The notes: generated by a model not told the origin, from the letters alone. A stretch of 64,000 nucleotides of DNA from Candidatus Bathyarchaeum tardum (GCA_024650005.2 CP122380.1:1184001-1248000); one strand, 5' to 3'. Positions 39,911 to 50,862 are shown, numbered from the stretch's first letter. Translations and numbers: made by a program.

Positions 39911-40216
39911 TTAATCATTTAATTTATGTAAAGCAATTGTAACTTCCCCTAGACACCAACCAACAAAAAAGAATCCAATTAATTCAGGTATGTGATGCCA
40001 CGCAAAACCCATTTGGGCAAAAAAGTGAATTGGAAGTAAGGGGTTACATAACAAAACAAGAATAAACATAACAAAAAAACTAAGTGAGCCTAAAATCAAA
40101 GCAATTAATATTCCACTAATTCGATTAAAAACTGCTTCAATTTTATTCATGGATAAATCCCATGCTAAAGATGCTTTATAATGTTTAAAGGATTTTAGTT
40201 TCTTTTCGCTCTCCAC
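39911..40216 (-). CDS. Small membrane protein
   Basis: Two hydrophobic segments; no recognised family. Confidence 0.5.
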   Translation of the reverse strand: MESEKKLKSFKHYKASLAWDLSMNKIEAVFNRISGILIALILGSLSFFVMFILVLLCNPLLPIHFFAQMGFAWHHIPELIGFFFVGWCLGEVTIALHKLND

Positions 40217-40453
40217 TCTTTAATTGTAAGTTCAAAATTGAAAACTAAAATTTCAAAAGTTAATTTGTTTTTATGAAAAAAATTCCTGGCACAATCTTTG
40301 TTAATGTGACCTTGTTGAAAAGCACCCTGACACGTATAGTCTGACTTGTAAAAATTATTGGTTATCAATCTGTTTAACGTGGGTATTATCAAAATTTTAA
40401 ATGCTTGAATTTTGGCGGTGGTCTAAGGAAAAGTAACTAATCAATATTCCATA

Positions 40454-40996
40454 TCAAGAGTTTTTTGGCAACAAAATTAGAAGTGAATTGTTACAGATAT
40501 CAATTTTTATTTCTGTTTTGAATATTTCATAAAAAATTGTTTGGTAAAAATTTTTTAAGAATATGCTCCAGTTTAATCCATTTTGATGTCTAAGCATTAT
40601 TTTTGGATGCCCATTGTAATTTTTTTCATTAAATTGGAACCAGTTATTATCTTGTCCTGCAGTTTTCATTAGTGAAATCAAATTTTGAGCGTTAAGATCT
40701 TTTTCTTTAAGAAATAATAAATGCTTAGGAATGTATTGTCCAAACATTTTTCCTAAAGTTATAATTTTTTGTTCTGGGACTTCATTCAAAAATTCTTTTA
40801 TCATTTCACAAGGGATTGCTAAGCAAGGAAATTTTTCAATAAATCTGAAAGAATTTACATATCTATCAATAACTTGGTTATAAACTGTATTTACACTCAA
40901 CCCATTTTCTTTTGCATCTTTGACCATTATGTTATCTGGTTCTTTTTTTAGTCTCAATGTGCGAATAACAAACTGGTTGCTGTAATTTTTTCCCAA
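40454..40996 (-). CDS. Putative regulator (RHH-like N-terminus plus sensory-type domain)
   Basis: RTLRL...DAKENGLSVNTV.NQ.I.RY and RHQNG.NWS.FL pattern; divergent from paralog 2. Confidence 0.65.
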   Translation of the reverse strand: MGKNYSNQFVIRTLRLKKEPDNIMVKDAKENGLSVNTVYNQVIDRYVNSFRFIEKFPCLAIPCEMIKEFLNEVPEQKIITLGKMFGQYIPKHLLFLKEKDLNAQNLISLMKTAGQDNNWFQFNEKNYNGHPKIMLRHQNGLNWSIFLKNFYQTIFYEIFKTEIKIDICNNSLLILLPKNS

Positions 40997-41134
40997 AATA
41001 ATCTTCCCCTAATTTAATAATTATATTTAATTACTTATTAATTTAATCCATTATCTTAAAATATAAAATAATTAAATGTAATCGTTGGTTTAATATATAA
41101 ATTTTTTACAATATTAAAACACGGAATTGATAAA

Positions 41135-43681
41135 ATGACAAAAATCAAACAAAAAATAACAACAATCATGCTAACAATGTTGCTATTATTATCTACAATT
41201 ATTTTAACAATATCAACAGGTGCAGCACAAGAAATTAGAGAAAAAACAACGTATGCATACATAGGAGCTATACCAAACCCTGTAGGAGTTAATCAACCAG
41301 TACTCTTACACGTTGGAATATCCGACTATCTTGCCGTAACTTCACATGGATGGGAAGGTCTAACAATTACGGTAACAAAACCAGATGGTCAATCTGAAAC
41401 ATTGGGACCCTTTAAAACTGACTCGACAGGTGGAACTGGAACCGTGTTTACCCCAAATATGGTTGGAACCTACACATTCCAAACACACTTTCCTGAGCAA
41501 TTATACACTTGGAATTCTCCACCAGCTTTTTCGCAAAATATCTATGGCACTATACGATACTTGGCCAGTGATAGTGAAATATTAGAAGTAGAAGTTCAAC
41601 AAGAACCTGGAGAATACTATCCCGTTATACCAACTCCGAACGAATATTGGACGCGACCAATAGATGCGCAACATAGAAGTTGGAACACAATATCGGCCAG
41701 CTGGTTAGGAACCCCAGCAAACAATTTTGCACCATTTAATGAAGATGCCCCAGAATCAGCTCACATATTGTGGGAAAAACCTTTGTTAAAAATGGGTGGA
41801 CTTGCTGGTGGATTTTTAGGAGAAGCAGCTTTTGAATGTGGTGATGCATATGAAGGCTTTTTCTCAGACTCAATAATTTTGGCTGGAGTGCTAGTATACA
41901 ACCAGTACAAAGCAGGATTCCCTACACAAAAGGTTGTAGCAGTGGATATACACACCGGAGAAGAATTGTGGAACAAAGAACTTCAAAATCTTGACGGTAA
42001 AGCTCTGAGGGTTTCATTTGGTCAAACCTTTTATTTCTCATCCCATAACTATCACGGAACATACGGATACATCTGGGCTCTTGATGGAAATGATTGGCAT
42101 GCCTTTGATCCCTTAAGTGGAGAATGGGTATATACCATGTTGAACGTGCCCTCTAGAAGCGTACGATTTGGTGCAAGTTACACTTTAACTGGACCAAAAG
42201 GGGAAATATACATCTATGAAACTAACATTCAGAATGGCTGGATGGCACTTTGGAACTCTAGTAGAGCAGTAACAGGTCCCGCTACAGAATTTGGTGCAGG
42301 AAGTTGGCGAGCGGAAGGACAAATAATTGAAAACGCGCGACAAAGAGGGCAAGAATGGAACATTACAATACCAACAGGTCTACCTGGCGGAATTAGCGCA
42401 ACTCTTAGTGACCGAATAATAGGTACAACAGCTGCAGGCTGGATTGACATGGGTGATGCACCAATTCAAATGTGGAGTTTAAGTCTTGAACCCGGTAATG
42501 AAGGAAAATTACTTTGGCAAACATCATGGCAACCACCATTAGGCGATCTAACTGTAAGTTATGGAACTGGAAGCAGTGAAGCTGGAATTTTCACTCTTAG
42601 AGGAAAAGAATCTCGCCAAGTTTGGGGTTTCAGCACAGAAACGGGTGAACAACTTTGGGGTCCAACTGAGTCAATGCATTACTTAGGAATTTTCGGCATT
42701 GGTAGTGCGATAGTTTATGACAAATTGTTTGTAAATGCAAAAATGGCTGGTGAACTAAATGCTTATGATATTGATACTGGAAATCTAATATGGAGTTATG
42801 AAGCAGTAGATCCTTACAATGAAATGTTGTGGGGTAACAATTGGCCAGTATATCCTCTGTTTATAACTGATGGAAAAATCTACCTAGGTCACAGTGAACA
42901 CTCACCAGTAGATCCTAAACCGCGTGGTGCACCATTTATCTGCATTGATGCTGAAACGGGTCAAGAAATTTGGAGAGCTGATGGATTATTCAGGCAAACT
43001 GACTGGGGTGGTAAAGCAATAATTGGTGATAGCATAATCGCAACCTATGATTCATATGACCAAATGGTATATGCAATAGGAAAAGGTCCCAGTGCCATAT
43101 CAATATCTGCTCCTAATACTGCAATCCAACTTGGATCAAGTGCATTGATTACGGGAACAGTTACTGATGTATCACCAGGAACTAACAGTATTGAGATGAA
43201 AGCAAGATTCCCCGATGGAGTACCTGCAATATCTGATGAATACATGAGCGAATGGATGATGTACGTGTACAAGCAGTTTGAGCGCCCAGCTGACGCAACT
43301 GGAGTTCCAGTTAAAATCGAAATCGTTGACCCCAATAATCAGTATGCATGGATTGGAACTGCAACAACTGATGTTTACGGCAACTATGGTTATTCATTTA
43401 GGCCTCAAGTTGAAGGCGAATACATGATTATAGCTACTTTTGAAGGAACAAACGCATATTACGGTTCAGCCAAAACAACTTACCTTGTTGTTGATCCAGC
43501 ACCGACACCTCAGACACCAATTGAACCTGAACAACCGACTCCAACAGAACCAGAAGTTCCAATTGATCTCACGGAACCAGTAGAAACGCCATTGATTACA
43601 ACAGAACTTGCAATTATAATAGCATCTGTAGCAATTGCAGTTATTGGTGTTGCATCATATTGGTTATTAAGAAGGAAATAA
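41135..43681 (+). CDS. Secreted PQQ-like beta-propeller repeat protein (paralog 2)
   Basis: Collinear with paralogs 1 and 3; signal peptide and C-terminal TM. Confidence 0.88.
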   Translation: MTKIKQKITTIMLTMLLLLSTIILTISTGAAQEIREKTTYAYIGAIPNPVGVNQPVLLHVGISDYLAVTSHGWEGLTITVTKPDGQSETLGPFKTDSTGGTGTVFTPNMVGTYTFQTHFPEQLYTWNSPPAFSQNIYGTIRYLASDSEILEVEVQQEPGEYYPVIPTPNEYWTRPIDAQHRSWNTISASWLGTPANNFAPFNEDAPESAHILWEKPLLKMGGLAGGFLGEAAFECGDAYEGFFSDSIILAGVLVYNQYKAGFPTQKVVAVDIHTGEELWNKELQNLDGKALRVSFGQTFYFSSHNYHGTYGYIWALDGNDWHAFDPLSGEWVYTMLNVPSRSVRFGASYTLTGPKGEIYIYETNIQNGWMALWNSSRAVTGPATEFGAGSWRAEGQIIENARQRGQEWNITIPTGLPGGISATLSDRIIGTTAAGWIDMGDAPIQMWSLSLEPGNEGKLLWQTSWQPPLGDLTVSYGTGSSEAGIFTLRGKESRQVWGFSTETGEQLWGPTESMHYLGIFGIGSAIVYDKLFVNAKMAGELNAYDIDTGNLIWSYEAVDPYNEMLWGNNWPVYPLFITDGKIYLGHSEHSPVDPKPRGAPFICIDAETGQEIWRADGLFRQTDWGGKAIIGDSIIATYDSYDQMVYAIGKGPSAISISAPNTAIQLGSSALITGTVTDVSPGTNSIEMKARFPDGVPAISDEYMSEWMMYVYKQFERPADATGVPVKIEIVDPNNQYAWIGTATTDVYGNYGYSFRPQVEGEYMIIATFEGTNAYYGSAKTTYLVVDPAPTPQTPIEPEQPTPTEPEVPIDLTEPVETPLITTELAIIIASVAIAVIGVASYWLLRRK

Positions 43682-43687
43682 CCAACT

Positions 43688-43838
43688 TTCCTCCTTTTTT
43701 AGAGTAAACCATTAAAGGAATGGAGCTGAAAAGGTTTAAACACAACAAGGAAAAATCATCAACAAATTGATAGTAACATGGTTTTTCATTTTTTCACCCT
43801 TCGATTACTTGTGTAAAAACCTCAGCAAACCCATTTCT
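43688..43838 (+). repeat. Conserved 3'-flanking hairpin element, copy 2
   Basis: Reverse-complement homolog of 12487..12642 and 44489..44643. Confidence 0.92.
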
Positions 43839-44235
43839 TTAGTAATTATTTGTATTAAAACTTTGTAAATTTTTCTTTGCGTTTTTGCTTTCTCACTTTG
43901 TATCAAAAAGTTCCAAACTTACATGTTCTTAGTAGGTATAGACAAAACAATTGTTATACTTTATCATAGGGTAGGATGCTCAAATGGAGTTTGAAATGGT
44001 CTTTTCGATTGTATATTTTTTAGGTGTTTTAGATCAGAAAACTGGTTTTTTACAATTTCATAATTAAATTGATATGTGTGAGCCTCTAGCCACTTATTTG
44101 TTGGTCCAGAGCTCATTATATTTGCACCTCCATTCTTTGAAAAACAGCTAATGTTTTGAAAAATTTCAGGTTCAAAACTAATTGAACCAATATTTTGTTT
44201 CAAAACTTGTTCAGCTCTAGGGTAAATATTAAAAA

Positions 44236-44290
44236 AAGTGAGTTAAGGGAGCCAGTGGATACGTCTCCAGAATTATATTTGTTCTATAAG
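44236..44290. repeat. Dispersed homolog of the Rep-proximal end of the RCR element
   Basis: AAGGGAGCCAGTGGATACGTCTCCAG...CTATAA vs GAGGGAGCTAGTGGAGATGTCGCCAG...CTATAA at 39258. Confidence 0.65.
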
Positions 44291-44488
44291 AATATTGAAT
44301 TTTTAAAAATTCAATTTAACTGATGCTCTTTTTACTTACTATTCAGTTGAGGTAGGTTATAGTCAGCATATCGGTACATTGATTGATTTGACTTATGCCA
44401 AAGCATATGCTGAATATCAATTCTATGTTTGTGTTGTTTAACTGTGTGAGCTTAAAGAAAGATAAAAGTAGAAAGTTGTTTATCCGAT

Positions 44489-44643
44489 AGAGAAATGGGT
44501 TTGCTGAGGTTTTTACACAGGTAATTGAAGGTGAAAAAAATGAAAAACCATGTTACTATCAATTTGTTATGATTTTTCGTTTTTGTGTTTGAACCTTTTC
44601 AGCCCCATTTCTTCTAAAGTTTTACTCCCAAAAAAAAGAGGGA
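44489..44643 (-). repeat. Conserved 3'-flanking hairpin element, copy 3
   Basis: Only a few differences from copy 1. Confidence 0.92.
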
Positions 44644-44659
44644 GAAAAGATGTTTGGGT

Positions 44660-47182
44660 TTATTTGCGTTTTAGGGTCCAGTAAGCGCCTATGCCGATTA
44701 CTGCGGCTATTGCGACGGTTGCAATGATGGCTATTTCTGTTGTGATGAATGCTGTTGGTTCTTCTATAGCTACTGGTGGTGTTTGAGTGTCAATTGGCTC
44801 TTCGGTGTCTATTTGTGTTGATGGTGTAGGTGCTTCGTCCACGATGAGGTATGTTGTTGTTGTTGAAGCATAGTATGAAGCTGAGCCGTCGAAAGTGGCA
44901 ATAATCATGTATTGACCTTCAATTTGGGGCGTGAACGAATAAGCGTAGTTGCCGTAAACATCAGTTGTTGCAGTTCCAATCCATGCATACTGATTATTGG
45001 GGTCAACGATTTCGATTTTAACTGGAACTCCAGTTGCGTCAGCTGGGCGACTGAACTGCTTGTATACATACAGCATCCAATCATTCATAGAGTTGTCAGA
45101 TACTGCAGGAACGCCTTTCGGGAACCTCATTTTAATGGCAGTTTCTTGTGTGCCCGGAGAAATATCCATCACCGACCCTTTAATCAGTGCTTTATTTCCA
45201 AAGGCAATAACATCGTTTTCAATTGTTACTGACGTTTCACTTGGACCTTTACCTATAGCGTACACTCTTTGGTCATAAGTATCCATGGCAGCAATTATGC
45301 TATCACCGATTATTGCTCGACCTCCCCAGTCTGTTCCACGGAAAGCGCCGTCAATTCTCCAGATTTCTTCTCCAGTTTCAATATCTAGACAAACGAAAGG
45401 TGCACCACGCGGTTTAGGATCTACTGGTGAGTGTTCACTGTGTGCATAGTAGATTTTTCCATCAGTAATAAATTGTGGTCGAACTGGCCAGTTATTGCTC
45501 CATAAAATTTCTGAATGAGGGTCAGCTACTGAGTATTCCCAGAGGAGTTGACCTGTTTTGACATCATAAGCGTTGATGATTCCAGCCATTCTTCCAGAGA
45601 ATATTATTCCTTCAGCAATTACGACTTCAATTCCTAGATAATCCAGATAATGCTGTGGTTCAGTTGGACCCCAAATCTGTTCTCCAGTATCTAGATCAAA
45701 TCCATAAAGTTGTCGGGTATCTTTTGACCATAAGACATACACTTTATCTTCAAAGCTTGGTGCTCCATTGTATCTGGTTCCCCAACTGACTGTGATGTCA
45801 CCTGGTGGTGGATTCCATTCGGTGTTAAAGATTAGTTCGCCCTCGTGTCCTGGTTCTAGATTTATTGCCCATGTGTGAACTGGTAAGTCTCCCATGGTAA
45901 GGAACCCGGGTGCATCGTTACCGACTAATCTGTCTTGGAAGTTAACAGCTACAACACTTCCTTGTAGACCCGTTGGGATTGTTACATTCCATTCTATTCC
46001 ATCTCTTGCGTCAAAAGTTGAACCCATGCCAAATCTAATCCAACTTCCTTCATCAGATACTACACGGCTTGAGTTCCATAATGTCATCCATCCATTAGCG
46101 GTGTTGACTGTGTAAATGTAGATTTCACCTTTTGGTCCATATACTCTAGTTCCAGAGGGGACATTTTCCATACTGTAAACATATTGACCGTCAAAAGGAT
46201 CGAATGCATGCCATGTACTTCCACTGGTTCCCCACAGATACGGAAATACTGCATGATAATTGTAAGAATCCCAATAGAAACTTTGAGCAAATGATAATCT
46301 AACGACAACCCCACTAGGTGTTGTCAGTGGTTTCACCCAAAGTTCTTCGCCAGTATGTAGATCAACTGCTACGACTTGTTGTGTTGGAAAACCAGATTTG
46401 TAGTGGTTGTAATACAGTTTTCCGCCAATTATCACTGAACTAGCAAAGAATCCCTCATATGCATCTCCACACTCATATGCGTGGTTCCATGTTGCACCTC
46501 CGGCAAGACCACCTGTTTGAATTTCATTTGTCCATAATATGTGTGACGTTTCGGGAGCATCATCGTTATATGGAGCCACTAGGTTAGGAGGTGTTGCTAC
46601 GTAGTTGGCTGAAATTGTAGACCATTCATGAAGCTGAGAATCAATAGGGCGAGACCAGTATTCTGTAGGAAGTGGACTTGGTTGGTAATATGTCGTTGGT
46701 TCGTTGTTGACTTCTACTTCTAATATTTCACTATCGCTTGCTAAGTATCTAATAGTACCATAGATGTTAGTTGAAAATGCTGGAGAAGCTGTCCACGTGT
46801 AGGTTTGTGACGGAAAATGAGTCTGGAATGTGTATGTTCCAACCATTGTTGGTGTATATACAGCTCCTGTTCCTCCTGTTGAGTCCGTCCTATACTCACC
46901 TAACGTTTCAGTTGTGCCATCAGGTTTTGTAACGGTAACTGTTAGACCTTCAAAGCCATCACTCGCAACTCGCAAATAATCTGTTACTCCAATGTGAAGC
47001 AATACTTGCTGGTTTACTTGGACTGGATTAGGGGTAGCACCTATTATTGCATATGTTTGTTTTTCACGAATTTCATCTTGAGCAACAACTGTTGGCATTA
47101 TCGCCAAAGTTGTTGATATTACAAAAACTAATACGCAAAAAAAGGCGAAAAGTTTTGTTTGAATCTTAGTATATTTTTTCAT
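44660..47182 (-). CDS. Secreted PQQ-like beta-propeller repeat protein (paralog 3)
   Basis: Collinear with paralogs 1 and 2. Confidence 0.88.
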   Translation of the reverse strand: MKKYTKIQTKLFAFFCVLVFVISTTLAIMPTVVAQDEIREKQTYAIIGATPNPVQVNQQVLLHIGVTDYLRVASDGFEGLTVTVTKPDGTTETLGEYRTDSTGGTGAVYTPTMVGTYTFQTHFPSQTYTWTASPAFSTNIYGTIRYLASDSEILEVEVNNEPTTYYQPSPLPTEYWSRPIDSQLHEWSTISANYVATPPNLVAPYNDDAPETSHILWTNEIQTGGLAGGATWNHAYECGDAYEGFFASSVIIGGKLYYNHYKSGFPTQQVVAVDLHTGEELWVKPLTTPSGVVVRLSFAQSFYWDSYNYHAVFPYLWGTSGSTWHAFDPFDGQYVYSMENVPSGTRVYGPKGEIYIYTVNTANGWMTLWNSSRVVSDEGSWIRFGMGSTFDARDGIEWNVTIPTGLQGSVVAVNFQDRLVGNDAPGFLTMGDLPVHTWAINLEPGHEGELIFNTEWNPPPGDITVSWGTRYNGAPSFEDKVYVLWSKDTRQLYGFDLDTGEQIWGPTEPQHYLDYLGIEVVIAEGIIFSGRMAGIINAYDVKTGQLLWEYSVADPHSEILWSNNWPVRPQFITDGKIYYAHSEHSPVDPKPRGAPFVCLDIETGEEIWRIDGAFRGTDWGGRAIIGDSIIAAMDTYDQRVYAIGKGPSETSVTIENDVIAFGNKALIKGSVMDISPGTQETAIKMRFPKGVPAVSDNSMNDWMLYVYKQFSRPADATGVPVKIEIVDPNNQYAWIGTATTDVYGNYAYSFTPQIEGQYMIIATFDGSASYYASTTTTYLIVDEAPTPSTQIDTEEPIDTQTPPVAIEEPTAFITTEIAIIATVAIAAVIGIGAYWTLKRK

Positions 47183-47397
47183 TTTTTCATCCTTAGCCCA
47201 TTCTTAATTGTAAATTGTTTATAATATTTTGGGTAAAAATATAAAATATGAAAAAAACGTTAGTTTTTTCAATAAATAATGAACGTATTTTTTATATTAA
47301 TAGCAATATGTTAAATAAGCGGTTATTTAGAAAAAGAAAATTATATTAAAAGCACTTAAAGTGAAACATTCATGAAAAACAATTCACGAGGAGCGCC

Positions 47398-47865
47398 CTA
47401 ACAATCCAAGAACAACTAGATGAAATAGATAAGAAAATTCTAGCATTGCTTTTAGAAGATGGACGTAAAAAATTTACAGATATTGCAGAAATTTGCAATG
47501 TAACAACGTCAAAAATAAAACAACATTATTACAAACTAAAAGAAAAAGGCGTAATAAAGAAATCAACCACATATGTGAATCAAAAAAAACTTGGATTCCA
47601 AGGTCATTTGAGTGTTTGTGTTAATGTCAAGTTTGGTCAAATAGAAAAATTCATGAATTACGCAAGAAAAATAAATGGAGCAACAACATATCAAGTCAAA
47701 CTTAACGGCAACTATAATGTGCATGTCTTAATTCCTCTGAAAAACATGAATGAAATTGAAGAAAAAACGCAAAAAATTAAGGATCACCCAACTGTTATCA
47801 ACTTCAAATCAAATATCTGGACTGAAATTGAACTTTTTCCAAAAAATTTGTCAGTATTACATTAG
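47398..47865 (+). CDS. Lrp/AsnC-family regulator (start codon uncertain)
   Basis: In-frame LDEIDKKILALLLEDGRKKFTDIA extends upstream of TTG 47446. Confidence 0.78.
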   Translation, partial: LTIQEQLDEIDKKILALLLEDGRKKFTDIAEICNVTTSKIKQHYYKLKEKGVIKKSTTYVNQKKLGFQGHLSVCVNVKFGQIEKFMNYARKINGATTYQVKLNGNYNVHVLIPLKNMNEIEEKTQKIKDHPTVINFKSNIWTEIELFPKNLSVLH

Positions 47866-47881
47866 TGGTAATGGTATCAAA

Positions 47882-48361
47882 ATGGACGAATTAGATTTTA
47901 AAATAATAAAAAAAATAATCGCTAATTGTAGAGTTCCATTTAGCAGGATTTCAAATGAATTAGGAGTTTCAACAATAACAGTAATTCGTCGATATAACAA
48001 GCTCAAAGCCAAGGGAGTTATTATGCCTTCAGTTTATGTTGATATTTTCAAACTCGGTTACTGTATACGTGTCTGGTATATGATTTCATTAGTGAGCCAA
48101 ATCAATAAATCAACTGTTCTTGAAGAAATATCAAAAATTCCTGATGTTGTCAGGATAATAAAAGCAGTGGGAGAATACGATTTGTTGGCAATCGTTGCGG
48201 TAAAAGATTTTAAACACATGTTTGAAATTGGTGAAAAACTTGAGAAAATTGAAGGCATTGAAAAAATTGAGGCAAGACAATTTTTACCGTTAACTGATCC
48301 AAATGTACCTAAATCTGCTACTCATGGATTTTTTAATCCCAACCTTTTGGAAAAAATCTAA
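47882..48361 (+). CDS. Lrp/AsnC-family regulator
   Basis: MDELDFKII......RVPFS.IS.ELGVS..TV.RRY..L..KGVI, GEYDLL. Confidence 0.9.
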   Translation: MDELDFKIIKKIIANCRVPFSRISNELGVSTITVIRRYNKLKAKGVIMPSVYVDIFKLGYCIRVWYMISLVSQINKSTVLEEISKIPDVVRIIKAVGEYDLLAIVAVKDFKHMFEIGEKLEKIEGIEKIEARQFLPLTDPNVPKSATHGFFNPNLLEKI

Positions 48362-48548
48362 AAAAGTTTTCAGCTAGCCACCGCTTTTAAAACTAAAGTT
48401 CAACTGCTCTTAAAACAAAATGGGTCTACCCAAGATTCATTATAGTAACTGTTCTTATTCATGATAAAAATCTGGTTAGGTTCATATAACAAATTTAAAA
48501 TATTGAAAATGCTTGTATCCAAATTGAGAAAGAAGGGGTTATTTTATC

Positions 48549-49097
48549 ATGCAAACTAGAGACGTTACAATGATTATTGTAATGGCAGTTTTGCAACTGG
48601 TAATTTCAGTTTCAATAGCTCAGATGGGAACCTTAATAACAGGCATTCCGGGAACAAATTTTTTGTTCACAATACTTTTGGCGATTCCAATCAGTTTTTC
48701 TTTGCTCTGGTATGAAGGTCGTAGGTGGAGAATTTTTTTTCAATTAGCATTATTCAGTTTGATTTCCATACCTACCTTCATAGGTGGAGCACCTTATGAC
48801 CCCACACCTAGATTAAGCAGCATAGCTACAGCATTTTTGATTGATATTTTTGCCAATAGTTCCTATGGCTTTTTTAATAAAACAAAAAAGTTGTTATGGT
48901 GGTCATTGTTGACTAGTTCAATTTATTGGGTCCTTACACCATTTTTAAAAATTGGTGTATCGATCATTTTTTATAGTCCAGAATTTGTTGAACGATTCAC
49001 TAGCGTAGTTTTAGGTTTATTCCCCATAATAATAGCTCAAGCAATAGCGGGTGGATATATTGGATATAAAATCTACAAAAACCAGATTAGATTTTAG
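48549..49097 (+). CDS. Membrane protein, possible ECF S-component-like
   Basis: About six TM segments, TRD N-terminal motif, C-terminal GGYIGYKIY. Confidence 0.6.
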   Translation: MQTRDVTMIIVMAVLQLVISVSIAQMGTLITGIPGTNFLFTILLAIPISFSLLWYEGRRWRIFFQLALFSLISIPTFIGGAPYDPTPRLSSIATAFLIDIFANSSYGFFNKTKKLLWWSLLTSSIYWVLTPFLKIGVSIIFYSPEFVERFTSVVLGLFPIIIAQAIAGGYIGYKIYKNQIRF

Positions 49098-49478
49098 CAA
49101 ACAATTAACCAAAACTCCACCTGTATGTTGTCTTAAAAGTTTGGTCAATTTGAATTTTACTCAATGTATGAGAAACTTAAAAAAGAAAATTCTTCAAAGA
49201 ATTAAAATCTTTGTATTTTTTTGGACTATTTTGAGTCAGTGTTAGTTCTTTCACAAAAAAACTACTACTCAATAAAGGACATTTGTAATTAGCAAACAAA
49301 AAAGACATATTGCTCTAATTTATAGGCATAAGTTCAAGTTAATGATTTTTTGTTCAATTATCAAAAGATTGTTTTTGTTCAGTCTGTTGATTGATTTACA
49401 AATATAATGCAAATTATAACAAAGGTGGATTTTTTTTATTCAAATGATTAAAAACATATTTTTCTATTAAAACGGGAA

Positions 49479-49532
49479 AAAGCAAGTTTGAGGGAACGTA
49501 GATACATCACCAGAAACATATTGCACTAAAGG
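49479..49532. repeat. Dispersed homolog of the Rep-proximal end of the RCR element (more diverged)
   Basis: TTTGAGGGAAC--GTAGATACATCACCAGAAACATATT. Confidence 0.55.
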
Positions 49533-49679
49533 TTCAATAAGTTATACTTGTTTGGAACTATAATCATAATTGCTTTTAATTGGACTAATCGTTGCCAATA
49601 ATTTTATTATCTAAAAATGCTCTAATCAAATATTTAACGTGAAGTGGTATGATTTTAAAAAAACATGCAGACTTGAGGG

Positions 49680-50852
49680 TTGAGTAAACTGAACACTATT
49701 GAAGTCAAAGACTTGACCAAAGTTTTCGATAAAGGTGTCAAAGCAGTAAATGGCATCACTTTCACAGTAAACAAGGGTGAAATATTGGGATTTTTAGGTC
49801 CAAACGGAGCAGGAAAAACTACTACACTTAACATGTTATCTACTTTATTGAAACCAACTAGTGGAACCGCAAGAATAAATGGCAAAGATGTTCAAAAAGA
49901 GGCAGATGCAGTACGACGAAGTATTGGATATGTATTCCAAGATACAACATTAGATATTGAATTAACCGGCAGAGAAAATTTAGATTTCCATGGACGACTT
50001 TATGGACTTGATAAGATTACACGTGAAGATAGAATTACTGAAGTTTTGGAACTAGTCAAATTATCCGACCGTGCAGATAGTTTAGTAAAAACATACAGTG
50101 GTGGAATGAAAAGAAGGCTAGAAATCGCCAGGGGTTTACTTCATCATCCTGAGGTGTTGTTTTTAGATGAACCAACTTTAGGTTTAGATCCTCAAACACG
50201 GAGGTCTATTTGGGAACATATTTTGCGGCTTAACGAAGAAAAGAAAATAACAGTTATCTTAACAACCCATTATACTGAAGAAGCAGATTTTCTTTGCAAT
50301 CAAATACTCATAATTGATTTTGGAAAAGTTGTAGTATTAGACACCCCAGATAATTTAAAAGCCACGTTAAAAGGAGATGTTGTCAGTTTAACCGTTAAAG
50401 ACACAAACACAATCGATAAACTTCGGGTCCAGTTAGAAAATAAAGAATGGGTCCATAAAATCAACATTATTGCTTCAGGAAATAATTATGCAGCAATGAG
50501 CCGTATGATGCACACGAATTCTGACAATCCAAATGAAACGAAATTTCAAAACGAATCTGAAGAGGATAAAACTAACCAACGTGAGAAAAATCTTCAATTT
50601 GATGGAGAAACTTGTCCCCGTTGTTTGAATTTGTTACTTGATAATGGGGGACATAGAATTCCCGAAATAGTAAAACTTGCAGTAGACATGGAGATTATTT
50701 TAGAATCTGTAGAACTTCGCAAGCCAACTTTAGATGATGTCTTTTTGTCTGTAACTGGACGGAACATACGTGAACAAGAAGGTAGTCTCATGGATATGCT
50801 AAGGCGACACAGAATAATGAGACAAGCGCGGGGAAAACCTGTTAGAGGATAA
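49680..50852 (+). CDS. ABC exporter ATP-binding protein (DrrA-like)
   Basis: GPNGAGKTT, YSGGMKRRLE, LFLDEPTLGLDP, PTLDDVFL. Confidence 0.95.
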   Translation: MSKLNTIEVKDLTKVFDKGVKAVNGITFTVNKGEILGFLGPNGAGKTTTLNMLSTLLKPTSGTARINGKDVQKEADAVRRSIGYVFQDTTLDIELTGRENLDFHGRLYGLDKITREDRITEVLELVKLSDRADSLVKTYSGGMKRRLEIARGLLHHPEVLFLDEPTLGLDPQTRRSIWEHILRLNEEKKITVILTTHYTEEADFLCNQILIIDFGKVVVLDTPDNLKATLKGDVVSLTVKDTNTIDKLRVQLENKEWVHKINIIASGNNYAAMSRMMHTNSDNPNETKFQNESEEDKTNQREKNLQFDGETCPRCLNLLLDNGGHRIPEIVKLAVDMEIILESVELRKPTLDDVFLSVTGRNIREQEGSLMDMLRRHRIMRQARGKPVRG

Positions 50853-50862
50853 AAGAAACAAG

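Noticed and set aside
12651-47182. Diversity-generating retroelement acting on the beta-propeller genes
   Set aside because: No reverse transcriptase in the window; shared patches are identical rather than differing at adenines.
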